Assembly (NCBI RefSeq): GCF_004010195.1
Contig: NC_057718.1
Coordinates: 37,443,650-37,507,649 of the forward strand
Source of the DNA: Chiloscyllium plagiosum
Taxonomy: Eukaryota
Reading direction: 5' to 3'
DNA: 64,000 nucleotides
Shown here piece after piece: positions 1 to 12,676 of the stretch (the stretch's first letter is position 1; each line of letters opens with the position of its first letter). The position numbers and the translations under genes were made by a program. The notes under the pieces were generated by a model, which did not search any database, was not told the origin of the DNA, and saw only the letters and a list, made by a program, of their open reading frames with translations.

Positions 1-2420
1 TGGATTCTTGTTATCTCATTTCTGAAGGCTTCCCATTTTCCAAACGTCCCTTTACCTGCGAACATCTGCCCCCAACCAGCTTTCAAAAGTTCTTGCCTAA
101 TACCGTCAAAATTGGCCTTTCTCCAATTTAGAACTTCAACTTTTAGATCTGGTCTATCCTTTTCCATCACTATTTTAAATCTGATACAATTATGGTCGCT
201 GGCCCCAAAGTGCTCCCCCATTGACACCTCAGTCACCTGCCCTGCCTTATTTCCAAAGAGTAGGTCACGTTTTGCACCTTCTCTAGTAGGTACATCCACA
301 TACTGAATCAGAAAATTGCCTCGTACGCACTTAACAAATTCCTCTCCATCTAAACCTTTAACACTATGGCACTCCCAGTCTATGTTTGCAAAGTTAAAAT
401 CCCCTACCATAACCACCCTATTATTCTTACAGATAGCTGAGATCTCCTAACAAATTTGTTTCTCAATTTCCCTCTGACTATAATACAATCCCAATAAGGT
501 GATCATCCCTTTCTTATTTCTCAGTTGCACCCAAATAACTTCTCTGGATGTATTTCCGGGAATATCCTCCCTCAGCACAGATGTAATGATAACCCTTATC
601 AAAAATGCCACCCCCCTCCTTTCTTGCCTCCTTTTCTATCCTTCCTGTAGCATTTGTATCCTGGAACATTAAGCTGCCAGTCCTGCCCATTCCTGAGCCA
701 TGTTTCCGTAATTGCTATGATATCCCAGTCCCAGGTTCCTAACCATGCCCTGAGTTCATCTGCCTTCCCTGTTAGGCCCCTTGCAGTTTAATTTATTAGT
801 CCTACCTTGTCCCTGCCTGCCCTGACTGTTTGACACGCTTCTGTTCTCAGCTGTACCAGTCTCAGATTGATCTCTTTCCTCACTATCTCCCTGGGCTCCC
901 CCCCCACCTTGCTAGTTTAAATCCGCCTGAGCAGCTCTAGCAAATCTCCCTGCCAGTATATTAGTCCCCTTCCAATTTAGGTGCAATCCGTCTTCCTTGT
1001 ACCCCAAAAGAGATTCCCATGATCAAAAATGTGAATCCTTCTCCCATACACCAGCTCCTCAGCCATGCATTCATCTGCTCTATCCTCCTATTCCTGCCCT
1101 CACTAGCTCATAGCACTGGGAGTAATCCAGATATTACTACTCTAGAAGAACTCCTTTTTAAATTTCTGCCTAAATCTCTGTAATCTCCCTTCAGAGTCTC
1201 AACCTTTTCCCTTCCTACATCGTTGGTTCCAATGTGGACAATGACCTCTTGCTGGTCCCTCTCCTGCTTGAGAACACTCTGCATCTTCTCTGAGACATCC
1301 ATGACCCTGGCACCAGGGAAGCAACACACCATTCTGTTTTTTCGCTACTGATCACAGAAAAGTCTGTCTGTACCTCAGACGACAGAAATCCCTAACACAA
1401 TTGATTTCTTGGAAGCTAACATACCCCTTGTTGCATTAGAGCCAGTCTCAATACCGGAAACTTGGCTGTTTGTGCTACGTTCCCCTGAGAAACCATCACC
1501 TCCTACATTTTCCAAAACAGCATACCTGTTTGAAATGGATATATCCACAAAAGACTCCGGCACTAGGTGCCTACCTTTCCTGGAGTCAACCCATCTATGT
1601 GACTGTATCTGAGACATCCCCCCCCCCCCCCTCCTTTAACTGCCATCCATCACATATTGTTGCTGTTGCAAATTCCTCATTGCTTCAAATTGTGTCTCCA
1701 ACCGATCCATTCGATCTGATAAGATTTGCATCCAACAGCATTTATGGCAGATTTAATCTTCAGTAACCCTTAAACTCTCTTTAAATTCCCACATCTGACA
1801 AGAAGTACATATCACTGTACTAAAGGCCATTTTTGCTCTTTCACAATCTACAGACCCACAAAATAACACCGTCTTATTCCTCTACAAAACACTGCCCCAA
1901 ATTAAATTAATAGTTACGGCTTATATTTTAAGTTTAATCAAGAGACACATCTCCAAAAACATATAAGTAAGAAACAACCCATTTTACTCACTACTGCAGC
2001 CTTTCTATTGGACACATTCAAAACAACGATTAACTTATCTGATTCTGTGCTGCGAACTTCGCCCAAACAGGTTCCTCCAAGATTAGTTGTGAATTTCACT
2101 GCTTGTTAATTTTCCCAGATGCATTCCAATGTCCAGTGATACATGAATTCAAAACAGCAAAGGCAATAACTGAGCAGGTTCTCTCTCTCTCTCTCTTTCT
2201 CTCCTGCACTGTCCTCACCATGTGCTTCCTTTGTCTGTTCTTCTCCCTTTTAAAATTGCTGTTGTTGTGACTTATTTTTCCAAAGTTCAAAACAATGCAA
2301 CACCATATAAATCAGTAATTGCTGCTCCTGGAATTCGAGGAAATCACCTCCAGCACCTCAAAAAAGGAGCAGCTGTTACAGCCAGAAATTTTTCCTGTCC
2401 TCCATCTGGGATTACCCAGA
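1..2420 (-). mobile_element. CR1-clade LINE, 5' part (5'UTR, ORF1, start of ORF2 endonuclease); continues off the window start
   Basis: Colinear with 51060-53390. The minus strand gives CCFPGAR and IVHIGTND (SGNH esterase ORF1) and GEHFGASDHN (APE endonuclease C-terminus). Confidence 0.9.
912..1830 (-). pseudogene. CR1 ORF1 (CxxC..CxxC zinc motif plus SGNH esterase), disrupted
   Basis: ATG at 1830-1828, TAG at 914-912. ORF pieces 1375-1617 (IVLGISVV) and 1108-1332 (FPGA, HIGTND); internal stops and indels. Confidence 0.8.
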
Positions 2421-3449
2421 ATCCATTTGATGGAAATATTTATTTATGAACAAATGTCAATAACTAGGTTGGGTATGTTCCAACACAGCACATGTTAGCT
2501 TTATTGGAAATGGAGGTAATAGGGATTTAGAAAAATAATTATTTTCCTTTAGCTCTTTTCCCCCTTTGTTTCTCTCTGTCTCTAATCCTGACTCATGCTG
2601 CTGTGCCAGTGATGGTCTTTGTCAGAAATTTACATTCAAATTGCTAGTCTTCATGCTAAGCCAGACAGTGATCGCCAGTGGGCTGCTGTTTGCTTTCATG
2701 GCCTTTCTTGATTTACTTACTCCTCAAGTTATTTACCTTTTCACTGAAATTAGTTCTGCCCGATGACCCATCCCTACCCTGAGCTAATTTTAACCTGTGA
2801 TCAATGGAATTTAAACTTTTTACAATGGTGAACTTGTCAGAGCTGCTGATATGATGTCAAGAGAATCATAGACAGAACATCAGAAAAAAGAAAAGCAAAC
2901 TGTATCTACTCAGCCTCAGCTCATGTCAAGACAATCCCCAGCCTATGAAAAGCCAAGGGAAACACATGGCTCCTCATTGCTTAATGCCTAGTAACAATCT
3001 CTCTGTCTCGCCAGAAAGTAGTGATAATGAGAATCAGATTGACATCACAAAGCACAGATAGGGGGCCCTCTCTTTAATCCTGTATTTGGGATCTATCTGC
3101 TTGATAGGTACTGGCAGGTAGTTTCATACAGATCAAATTCACTCCTGCCCCTTACAGAAAAATCAGTCCCCTACCTGAACTTTTAGGTCAACCTCTACAC
3201 AGGATGCATTAATATTCTGAAAAATAAGGGCCACTGCTTATGGGAACATTAGACACTTAGAAACAAATGGCAGTGATCATCGTTTCAGGGATGACCTTGT
3301 AAAGCAAACTGCCTACTCAATATTATCATTTCGACATTGGCTGAGTCCTGAGCATGGCAGCTGTTCATAGCTCGCTACATATAACTGCTGCAGCTTAACA
3401 TTCAGGAGATCTGCTTTCAAGGTATTATTTTTAATTCAATCATGGGATT

Positions 3450-3961
3450 TGGGCATAAGCCAACAATTATCACCCATCCTTATTGCATTGGAAAAGATAC
3501 ACACTCGTCTGTTTTATACCATCCTCGCAGGTCCACTGTACCTCTGTACAGACACACCGGTCATCCAACTACTCCCAGCTTGACCCCTCTTTCTGCTACT
3601 CTCCATTTTACCTCCTGGAGGAGATCACTGCTGATTCTCAGCTCTGGTCAAATGGCCAAAATACTGATTTCCTTTTCTCTGCATTCTTCTGTATGCATTC
3701 CTTCTAACTACTATTGCTTACTTTTTTATTGGTGTTCTTAGTCAGTCCATATTCTAAACTTAGATTTTATATGATCTACATTATTTTGTAGGACTTCTTC
3801 AGATTCCGCAAGAAGCAGTCTGACATCAGCATACCACAAGTTTGTTATATCCTTGACTCCATTTTTTAGCTAGAAGTGCATCGATTTCTCTGAGTATCAG
3901 TTCTATGTACAGATTGAATAATTTTGATGTCAGTAGACAACTTTGACACACTCCTCTCATC
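3450..3961 (-). mobile_element. Degenerate RTE-clade (BovB-like) LINE fragment
   Basis: Minus-strand translation gives RGVCQSCLLTSKLFNLYIELILREI, ITNLWYADVRLLLAESEE and QYFGHLTR. These resemble RTE motifs GVRQGC.LSP.LFN.Y, NLRYADD and YFGH. Confidence 0.65.
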
Positions 3962-3963
3962 AC

Positions 3964-5176
3964 TTGATGAAGGCAGAGCAGTAGACATGATCTATATGGA
4001 CTTGAGTAAGGCGTTCGAAAAGGTTCCCCATGGGAGACTGGATGGCAAGATTAGATCGCATGGAGTGCAGGGAGAACTAGCCATTTGGATAGAGAACTGA
4101 CTCAAAGGTAGAAGACAGAGGGTGGTGGTAGAGGGTTTTTTTTCAGACTGGAGGCTTGTGACCAGTGGTGTGTCACAAGGATCGGTGCTGGGTCCACTGC
4201 TTTTCATCATTTATATAAATGATTTGGATGTGAGCATAAGAGGTATAGTTAGTAAGTTTGCAGATGACACCAAAATTGGAGGTGTAGTGGACAGCGAAGA
4301 AAGTTATCTCAGATTACAACAGGATCTTGATCAGATGGGCAAATGGGCTGAGAAGTGGCAGATGGACTTTAATCTATATAAATGTGAGGTGCTGCATTTT
4401 GGGAAAGCAAATCTTAGCAGGACTTATACACATAATGGTAAAGTCCTAAGGAGTGTTGCTGAGCAAAGAGACCTTGGAGTACAGGTTCATAGCTCCCTGA
4501 AAGTAGAGTCGCAGCTAGATAGGATAGTGAAGAAGGCGTTTGGTATGCTTTTACTTATTGGTCAGAGCATTGAGTACAGGAGTTGGGAGGTCATGTTGCG
4601 GCTATACAGGACATTGGTTAGGCCACTGTTGGAATATTATGTGCACTCCTGGTCTCCTTCTTATTGGAAGAATGTTGTGAAACTTGAAAGAGTTCGGAAA
4701 AGATTTACAAGGATGTTGCCAGGATTGGAGGATTTGAGCTAAAGGGAGAGGTTGAATAGGCTGAGGCTGTTTTCCCTGGAGTGTCGAAGGCTGAGGGATG
4801 ACCTCATAGAGGTTTATAAAATCATGAGGGGCATGCATAGGGTAAATAGACAGAGCCTTTTCCCTGGGGTGGTGGAGTCCAGAACTAGAAGGCATAGGTT
4901 TAGGGTAAAAGGGGAAAGATACAAAGAGACCTAAGGGGCAACCTTTTCATGCAGAGGATGGTATGTGTATGGAATGAGCTGCCAGAGGAAGTGGTGGAGA
5001 CTGGTACAATTGCAACATTTAAAAGGCACCTGGATGGGTATATGAATAGAAAGGCTTTGGAGGTATATCCGCCAATTGCTAGCAAATGGGACTAAATTGT
5101 GTTGGGATATCTGGTTGGCATGGACGAGTTGGACCGAAGGGTCTGTTTCCATGCTGAACATCTTGATGATTTTCTG
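3964..5176 (+). mobile_element. 5'-truncated CR1 LINE (RT C-terminal half plus 3'UTR)
   Basis: ORF 4122-4742 contains [21 protein letters not shown]. Possible TSD ACTTGA at 3962-3967 and 5177-5182. Confidence 0.92.
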
Positions 5177-5389
5177 ACTTGAAACATATGAGCGAAATTT
5201 TCATATGACTAGAATTGAAATTTACTTTGCATTTTAAACAGGTTTATTAACAAGAAGAACTGAAACAACATTTGATTTCACTTCAGCACAAACTAGTAAC
5301 TGCTCGGGCAAAAACAATAAGGGTTCTCATCATGGTCACATGACTATTTCTCAGAAAGTGGTAACGCTTTCTATTATACATCTGTTTCA

Positions 5390-5750
5390 GTGAAAACTGC
5401 TTCACAGCTAATGAATTACTTCTAAAGTACAGTCACTGTAAAGCAATATAAACGTGTCAGCCAATTTTCACATAGCTAGATCTTACAAACATAAATGACG
5501 CTAACCTACTTTGATGGTGTTGATTATGGTTTAAAAGTTAGCCCAAACACCAGGGAGAGGTCCTTGCTCTTTGAAGAGTGCCGTGCAGTCCACCTGAACA
5601 GACAAACAATGTTTCCATTGAGTAATGCCTTCAAAAGGCAATGTAGAGCGCTAATGCACTGTGCTGAGGTACCATCTTACATTATGTGCACATCTCCTGG
5701 ACGGTAACTTTGAACTCCCTATCTTTGAGTCATAGGCAAGAATGCATTAG
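5390..5750 (-). mobile_element. Degenerate Deu-domain SINE (SacSINE1/AmnSINE-like)
   Basis: Minus strand reads ggcactcttcaaagagcaagg..ccctggtg..aaattggctgacacgttt..acagtgactgtactttagaagtaattcattagctgtgaagc, resembling the Deu domain and 3' tail as I recall them. Confidence 0.55.
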
Positions 5751-5965
5751 CAGAAGCAAGTTGTTGATTTTGTGTTGTTAGCAACAAGGTTTGTGCACTG
5801 AAAATACAGTGGAAGTTGGGCGAGACTTAAAGATATGAGAAAGAATCACAGGATCGCTACAGCAAAACTTCTAATCTGAGAAATCAAGGTGGAACATTAT
5901 CAAGGCCACCTTAGTGCAGTTATGTCAAATAATGTTTGATGTGTTCTGGGTGCTTTAAATTCACT

Positions 5966-6312
5966 AGAGTCATAGAATCATCGAGTCATAGAGATGTACA
6001 GCACGGAAACAGACCCTTTGGTCCAATTAATCCATGCCAACCAGATATCCTAAATTAATCTAGTCCCATTCGCCAGCACTTGGCCCATATCCCTCTAAAC
6101 CATTTCTATTCATATAATCATCCAGATGTCTCTTAAATGTTGTAATTGTACCAGCCTCCACTATTTCCTCTGGCATTTATTTTCGTAGAGGCATCGCCCT
6201 TTGCGTGAAAAGGTTGTTCCTTAGGTCCCTTTTAAATCTTTTCCCTCACCCTAAGCCTATGCACTCCAGTTCTGGACTCCCCCAACCCAGAGAAAAGACC
6301 CAGCCTATTTAC
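5966..6312 (-). mobile_element. CR1 3'-end fragment
   Basis: Reverse complement of the (CTATGACT)-like tail and 3'UTR seen in the other CR1 copies. Confidence 0.85.
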
Positions 6313-6457
6313 CTCCAGTTCTCTTACTCATTTTTCAAACCAGTGTCTCAAATGGGAAGCTTCAAGTTATATTCACCATGTAGAATTTACCAATGGATTG
6401 AACATTTCTGTTTGTGGACTGTGATCAATCTCTACACAAGGAACACAAAGGAAGTCT

Positions 6458-6668
6458 TCAAAGTTTGTGCGAAGATTTGTAGTTCGGGTGCTCGTTGTTG
6501 TGGTTCTGTTCGCTGAGCTGGAATTTGTGTTGCAGACGTTTCGTCCCCTGTCTAGGTGACATCCTCAGTGCTTGGGAGCTTCCTGTGAAACGCTTCTGTG
6601 ATGTTTCCTCCGGCATTTACAGTGGTTTGAATCTGCCGCTTCCGGTTGTCAGTTCCAGCTGTCCGTTG
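6458..6668 (-). mobile_element. PLE terminal-repeat (pLTR) fragment, family C
   Basis: Contains a hammerhead core. Flanked by an imperfect 12-bp direct repeat (CAAAGGAAGTCT at 6446-6457, CAAAGAAGGTCT at 6669-6680). Confidence 0.65.
6532..6571 (-). ncRNA. Minimal type I hammerhead ribozyme
   Basis: Minus strand: GCA CUGAGGA U GUCACCU-AGAC-AGGGGAC GAAA CGUC UGC. Full core, stem II with one mismatch, stem I GCA/UGC, ACGU palindrome. Confidence 0.8.
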
Positions 6669-7412
6669 CAAAGAAGGTCTCCCTCATCCCTCTCACAAAC
6701 TGAGGACAAGTTATGTCATCAGCAGCAGCCTCTAGATCTTAAACGTATTACAAGCAGAAACAGTTCTGATTGTTGCCATTAGTTACATTGAAATAAAATC
6801 TATTAAGAAAAATGTTTGAAATAGAATTACTAAAATCAAAAAAAAACTTGAGACAACCTTCTGTTCTCGCCCACGATGTCTAGAGACAGACATGTTTTAC
6901 AAACATGCAAGCTATCACAGACAGGAAAAGGAGCTCTTGGTTTATAACCTGCCACACCCAATTGTGATACCTAATGCGTCACAATGCACCCACTCTTCAC
7001 CAATCTTGATCTCCTTGGAGATTCATTTTCTACCACCAACCTGAAACTAAATGACTGGATAAGTGCCCAAACCATCAGAAATGGAAATATTTCAATGACA
7101 CTTGCTAGCAGGTGTCTCATTTGAGATGCTGGCTGACGTTAAATGGCCAATTATTAGAAATCCTGTTTCTGACAGACAGCCTTGATCATCAAAGCTCCTT
7201 CCAGCAAAAAATCATGGGGATAGTGTGATATTCCAATTAATAAAAAAGTCATGCTTTTGCTGCAGCTTTCAGTGGTTTCCTTTTGGGCTTCAATTGAAGT
7301 GGAAAAGCTAGTTTGAACCATGCACTGTACAGGGTCTGGTTTAGTGTAATTAAGTTGTGTGAATGCTGTTTTTAGGTGGGTACCACGGCCACCTAATAAC
7401 ACGAGTACCAAT

Positions 7413-7834
7413 AATTGAATTGAACTGAATGGTTTAATTGTCACGTGTATTTTACAGTGAGAAGTACAATAAAATATTATAAAAAGCTTTAATTCATCGC
7501 CACAATATGGCACTGTGTTGATAGCTGAAGAATAAGAGGAAAATGAAAAGTTATAGATTAAAGAGAAATCCATCCAAGTTTGAGTTCTGAGCCAGGCACT
7601 GAGCTCACTTTCTCCATGCTGAGCTCGACCTCCCCCACACTGGACTCGCTCACCCCACATCCGGCTCGCTCTCCTTTGCCTGATTCTGTGCCAGGATAGC
7701 TTGCCACAGTAAGTAAAATAAAAGGTAAGTAAAAGAGGAAAAAAGAAAAAAAAGGAAGAGAAAAAAAATTAAAAGAAAAGGGGACATCGCGGATGAGCCT
7801 GAGCTCAGGAACCCGACTCTGCTGCCATCCTGGA
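7413..7834 (-). mobile_element. Putative non-autonomous non-LTR element (LINE-like 5' end joined to a Rex/RTE-X-like tail)
   Basis: Minus strand begins TCCAGGATGGCAGCAG and ends TACACGTGACAATTAAACC plus (ATTCA)-like repeats. No coding core. Confidence 0.45.
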
Positions 7835-9081
7835 ACACAAGGAATCATGATGTTTTTACAGACTGGGTGTCAGACATGGTGCACAGAGATCAAACCCCAT
7901 TTTATATCTGGAACTGCTTGCATGTCTTACCCTGAGTCCTTTTTAAGCCAGATTTGAATGTTACATCAAAATTGTCCTAATGGTTGTTGCTGAGATCACA
8001 GCTAGCATTACTGCTTAATGAAGTATACAGGCTTGATTAGTCTTTTTACAAAAAAAAGTCAGGACATTTGTCCAATAGAAACCACTGCAGGTACCCAGCA
8101 GAGACCAGAAAAGTCAAAACGCCAGAAATGAATGGGTTCATTCTCTTTGTGCACTCATGCAGTTCAACAGGAAAGCATCATCAAGATGTTATGTGTTACC
8201 TTAATAAAACCCGCTGCAAGGCCACAGCCTAATCCTTCCAAGACTGATTCAAAACTACTTGACTGGTATTTAAACGACAATGTTTCTTTTCACTAAAGTC
8301 TGTTGACAAAGTCCTGTTTTTTTTCTATCACTTCTTATGTGTAATGCATGAATTCGTAGCTTATGCAATGAAATAATTAGTTCATTCAGTGCACAGAGCA
8401 GCTCTATCAATCTTTACAGTTGATTGATATGGCAAAGAGTGAATTATGGCTTTTTTTTCTTATTGTGCCTGAATCCAGACACTGCTGAGTAAATGGAATA
8501 TGTACCACTGGTGGGTAAACTCCTACAAAGGAAAATTAGTCTAATTTGTGATTAATAGGTAATCCCCATTTGAAAATACTTTAAAGGCCAGAATAACAGA
8601 AATCTTAACTTACGGCAAAAATGAAATAATATTTATTAAAATTAAACTATAAGTTTATTTATAACTCTATGACCTCTTCCTTACTTCAACCTTTGTACAA
8701 AGTTAAACAAAGTTTTATATAATGACTTTCACTGTACAAGGTTTTTTTTTACAGTGATGGCAGCACTTTATAGAAATCATTAAGGTTTCTTTCATCTTCA
8801 AATTACTGTAAATACAAGAGCTGTGTGAGAAAGCAATGGGATAAAGGAATAAAAGAACCTTGAAGAAAATGGACTTGCTGCTGCAAAGGACATTAAAGGG
8901 CAAAGTACAGTTAAAGCCAAATTTTATTAATGGAGAAACAAGCAAGGCCATATGCACGTGGGCTGTCCAGGCATGTATCTATGTGGTTGAACAAATCAGT
9001 CTTACGTTGCACTGTATTTTCAAAGTATCACTTGGACAATGCTCCCATTCCTGATTTCACTTTTCAAAGTTACATTTCTTT

Positions 9082-9280
9082 CTTTGTAGGAGCAAATGAC
9101 TGCAGATGCTGGAATTGTACTGAAAACAACAAAAGTTGGAAATCACAGCAGGTCATACAGCATCTATGGAGAGAGAGCAAGCTAATGTTTTGTATCTATA
9201 TTAGACGCAAAAAGTTAGCTTGCTCTCTCTCCATGGATGCTGTCTGACTCACTGTCATCTCCAACATTTGTTGTTTTGAG
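9082..9280. mobile_element. Hairpin PLE-derived insertion (inverted pLTR), degenerate
   Basis: Arms at about 9116-9190 and 9209-9284 are reverse complements. TSD TACATTTCTTT at 9071-9081 and 9281-9291. Confidence 0.75.
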
Positions 9281-9454
9281 TACATTTCTTTACTGTTCGT
9301 TTATTCCATATCCCCAATCATTTCAGGGAATAAGCAAGTCAAGAAGAGTTCTAACTTTACATGGTATTTACAGGACAGCTCAGTACTGAGTCATTTAGTC
9401 CAACATGGATTAACATTTTCTATTGTTAATCCAAATTAATGTTTAGATTTTTCA

Positions 9455-9570
9455 GTAAATCAAATTTACTTCCCACCAACTGCTTTTGTGAGATTTGAAC
9501 CCGTATCCCCAAAACATTAATCTGGAGGTTTGAGGCTTTTGGCGACACTGACACTATAATCCATGCTAGC
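9455..9570 (-). mobile_element. Degenerate tRNA-derived SINE head
   Basis: Minus strand carries B-box-like GGGTTCAAATC; heavily decayed. Confidence 0.35.
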
Positions 9571-9684
9571 GTCAAGGCTCCAAATGAGGCTCTTTCTGTT
9601 AATTGGAAAAGAAAAGTTTAATTTGAATGAGGAAGTGGATATTAGTTGGTGATTCACTTGAGCACCCGGAAATAGACTAAGAAA

Positions 9685-9790
9685 CAGACTAAGAAGAAGG
9701 GTCACTGGACCTGAAATGTTAACTCTGATTTCTCTCCATAGATGCTGCCAGACCTGCTGGATTTTTCCAGCAATTTCTGTTTTTGCTTCT
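9685..9790 (+). mobile_element. PLE pLTR fragment with decayed hammerhead
   Basis: ctaagaagaagggtc-actg-gacct-gaaatgtta, followed by gatgctgccagacctgctg shared with the other pLTRs. Confidence 0.6.
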
Positions 9791-10844
9791 GACTATTATT
9801 GGGTTAAGAGATACATGTTTATAATATGAAACTCTGTAAGAAAATTGTAAAGATTGGTTCCAATTCTAATCTTCCCCATTTGGCTTTTTCGAATGAAAAA
9901 CTTCCCATTGTAACCACTCTCTGGCTAAGGAAGCTTCTCTTGAATACCCTATTTGATTTCTTATTGACTATTTTATAGCCTGTGGGTCTGGTCTGTTAAC
10001 AAATGGACTCTCTCAAATTCTTTCATAACCTTACGACTTTTATCAGGTCACCTCTGAATAATTTATTTTCTACAGAAATTTGTTCCAACCTTTGTCTTTG
10101 GTATCATCTGATCAAATCTTGTTTGCCCCTTCTCAATTGCCTTGGCATCCATTTTATGATCTGGAGACCAGAATCAAGGTTCTGTATAAGTTGAACGCAA
10201 TTTCCCTTCTTTCCAATTCTAATTCTTTCAGAATTAACCTTAGTTCTGCTTTTCAATAATTGCCTAATTAACCTATGTTTTTCCCTCATCTCATCTGTCT
10301 ATCATATTTTTAGGTTCCTCTATCCCACTTCGACATTGGGGAAATTTACCAGTGACGGGGAGACATGTTTGGAGGCAGGCATTCTGGAAAATAGCACTAG
10401 AGGCTGTTGTGCCAGTATTAACATGTTCACACCTCCTCCCATTTTCCTAAGGGCGGCGGGAAGCCAATTATGTTTGGTAAGTGGGCAATTAGCAACAAAT
10501 TTCCAAGTGCATGCAATTATAACAGCATCGCATAGGCCCTATACTGTGTCAGAACCGTCTGCTCAGAAAAATACCCTGAATAAGATCTTGCATAAGTCCT
10601 TTCTATTATCTGGAATCATGGTAATTATTAGCACCAACAGTTCCAGTCTCTTGCACGAAGAGGTCACTATCAGAATCAGTGTCATTGCAAGTCTAGTGAA
10701 AAGGAAAAGCATTGTATCTCATGTATTTCAATCATAAAGGTAAGGAAGATTGAAGTTTGAGAGGTACATAATTCTTATTGCTTATTTGCCTCACAAATGG
10801 ACGCCAGATGAATAAAATGGTCTCGAAATGTGCAAGTATTTACA

Positions 10845-10950
10845 GGGCTTTGTGATGTAGTGGTAGTATCCCTACCTCTGAACCTGGAGGCCCAGATCAA
10901 GTCCCACCTGCTCCCAAGGTGTATCTGAACAGGTTGATTTGAAAATATCT
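10845..10950 (+). mobile_element. tRNA-derived SINE head fragment
   Basis: A-box-like TGATGTAGTGG and decayed B-box-like AGATCAAGTCC at tRNA-like spacing. Confidence 0.4.
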
Positions 10951-11404
10951 ATAAAGGTCCCAAACATTGATTATTCCTGAAAAGACACAAATAATTGTGA
11001 TGGATAGATGAACAGTAGTGAGCGAGTGAATTTTCCCATGTACAATTAAAGTATGGGCATGAGTGAGCTTCAGAGCATCTGATCTGCTATTGTCCAATGC
11101 GTGTTTCCTCAAACAATCTTCATTAATTCTATGACCTGAGCTGGTGAGTGCAGTTCTCAGGGCATCATGTGGTGAGTGAGGCGGGATTGCTCACCCCTGG
11201 CAGACCTTCTGGCTTCGACCTCTCCAGTGCCACACTTAAAGTTCAACTGCACTCCACTTCTGATGCTACAAGCCAGGAATTAGCCCTCAACACTACAGTG
11301 CCTGACACTGAAAATGTCACAGAGGAATGGCAAGCTGGCTCCACACTTCCACAGCAGGAAGCTGTAAGTGTTGGTGGAGAGGAGTGCAGTCCTTTTAACT
11401 GAAG

Positions 11405-12371
11405 ACTTGTTAGCAAGGTTAGATCTCATGGAATACAGGGAGAACTAGCCATTTGGATACAGAACTGGCATGAAAGAAGAAGAGAGAGGGTGGTGGCAGA
11501 GAGTTGCTTTTCAGACTGGAGGCCTGTAACCAGTGGTGTGTCACAAGGATTGGTGCTGGGTCCACTTTTTTTCATCATTTATATAAATGATTTGGATGTG
11601 AGCATAAGAGGTATAGTTAGTAAGTTTGCAGATGACACCAAAATTGGAGGTGTAGTGGACAACGAAGAAGGTTAGCTCAGATTAAAACGGGATCTTGATC
11701 AGATGGGCCAATGGGCTGAGAAGTGGCAGATGGAGTTTAATTCAGATAAATGTGAGGTGCTGCATTTTGGGAAAGCAAATCTTAGCAGGACTTATACACT
11801 TAATGGTAAGGTTCTAGACAGTGTTGCAGAACAAAGAGACCTTGCGTGTGCAGGTGCATAACTCCTTGCAAGTGGAGTCGCAGGTAGATAGGATAGTGAA
11901 GAAGGCATTTGGTATGCTTTCCTTTATTGGTCAGAGTATTGAGTACAGGAGTTGGGAGGTCATGTTGCGGCCGTACAGGACATTGTTTAGGCCACTGTTG
12001 AAATATTGCGTGCAATTCTGGTTTCCTTCCTATCAGAAGGATGTNNNNNNNNNNNNNNNNNNTCGGGGAGTCCAGAACTAGAGGGCATAGGTTTATGGTG
12101 AGAGGGGAAAGATATAAAAGAGACCTAAGAGACAACATTTTCATGCAGAGGGTGGTACATATATGGAATGAGCTCCCAGAGGAAGTGGTGGAGGCTAGTA
12201 CAATTGCAACATCTGGATGGGGATATGAAGAGGAAGGGTTTGGAGGGATATGGGCCGGATGCTGGCAAATGGGACTAGATTGGGTTGGGATATCTGGTCG
12301 GCATGGATGAGTTGGACCAAAGAGTCTGTTTCCGTGTTGTACATCTCTATGACTATATGACTCTATGACTC
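11405..12371 (+). mobile_element. 5'-truncated CR1 LINE (contains an 18-N gap)
   Basis: QGLVLGPLFF..KFADDTK; ends in (CTATGACT)n. Confidence 0.92.
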
Positions 12372-12383
12372 CAGTGAAAGCCA

Positions 12384-12514
12384 AGAGAAAGTGAGGACTG
12401 CAGATGCTGGAGATCAGAGTCGAATAGTGTGGTGCTGGTAAAGCACAGCCGGTCAGGCAGCATCCAAGGAGCAGGAGAGTCGACGTTTCGGACATCAGCC
12501 CTTCATCAGGAATG
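12384..12514 (-). mobile_element. PLE pLTR, family A
   Basis: Reverse complement of the 3' end of the PLE at 55500-55628. Confidence 0.85.
12482..12509 (-). ncRNA. Minimal hammerhead ribozyme core
   Basis: CUGAUGA A GGGC-UGAU-GUCC GAAA CGUC. Confidence 0.75.
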
Positions 12515-12519
12515 CTGAC

Positions 12520-12676
12520 TGACCATTTACTCTATCCGTACCACTCATAATTTTGTAAACCTCTATAAGGTCACCCCTCAGGCTCCGATGCTCCAGGGAA
12601 AACAGCCCCAGCCTGTTCAGCCTCTCCCTATAGCTCAAATCCTCCAACCCTGGCAACATCCTTGTAAATCTTTTCC
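12520..12676 (-). mobile_element. Short CR1 ORF2 fragment
   Basis: Antisense match to the MLPGLEDLSYRERLNRLGLFSLE region. Confidence 0.8.

Noticed and set aside
1..42. Window start is the exact reverse complement of about 63635-63676
   Set aside because: Both are the same segment of a high-copy CR1 family, and the left match is cut by the arbitrary window edge. These are not terminal repeats of a giant element.
12345..12371. Short tandem repeats such as (CTATGACT)n and (GTTCTAT)n
   Set aside because: These are ordinary CR1 3' tails; there are no spacers, so this is not CRISPR-like.
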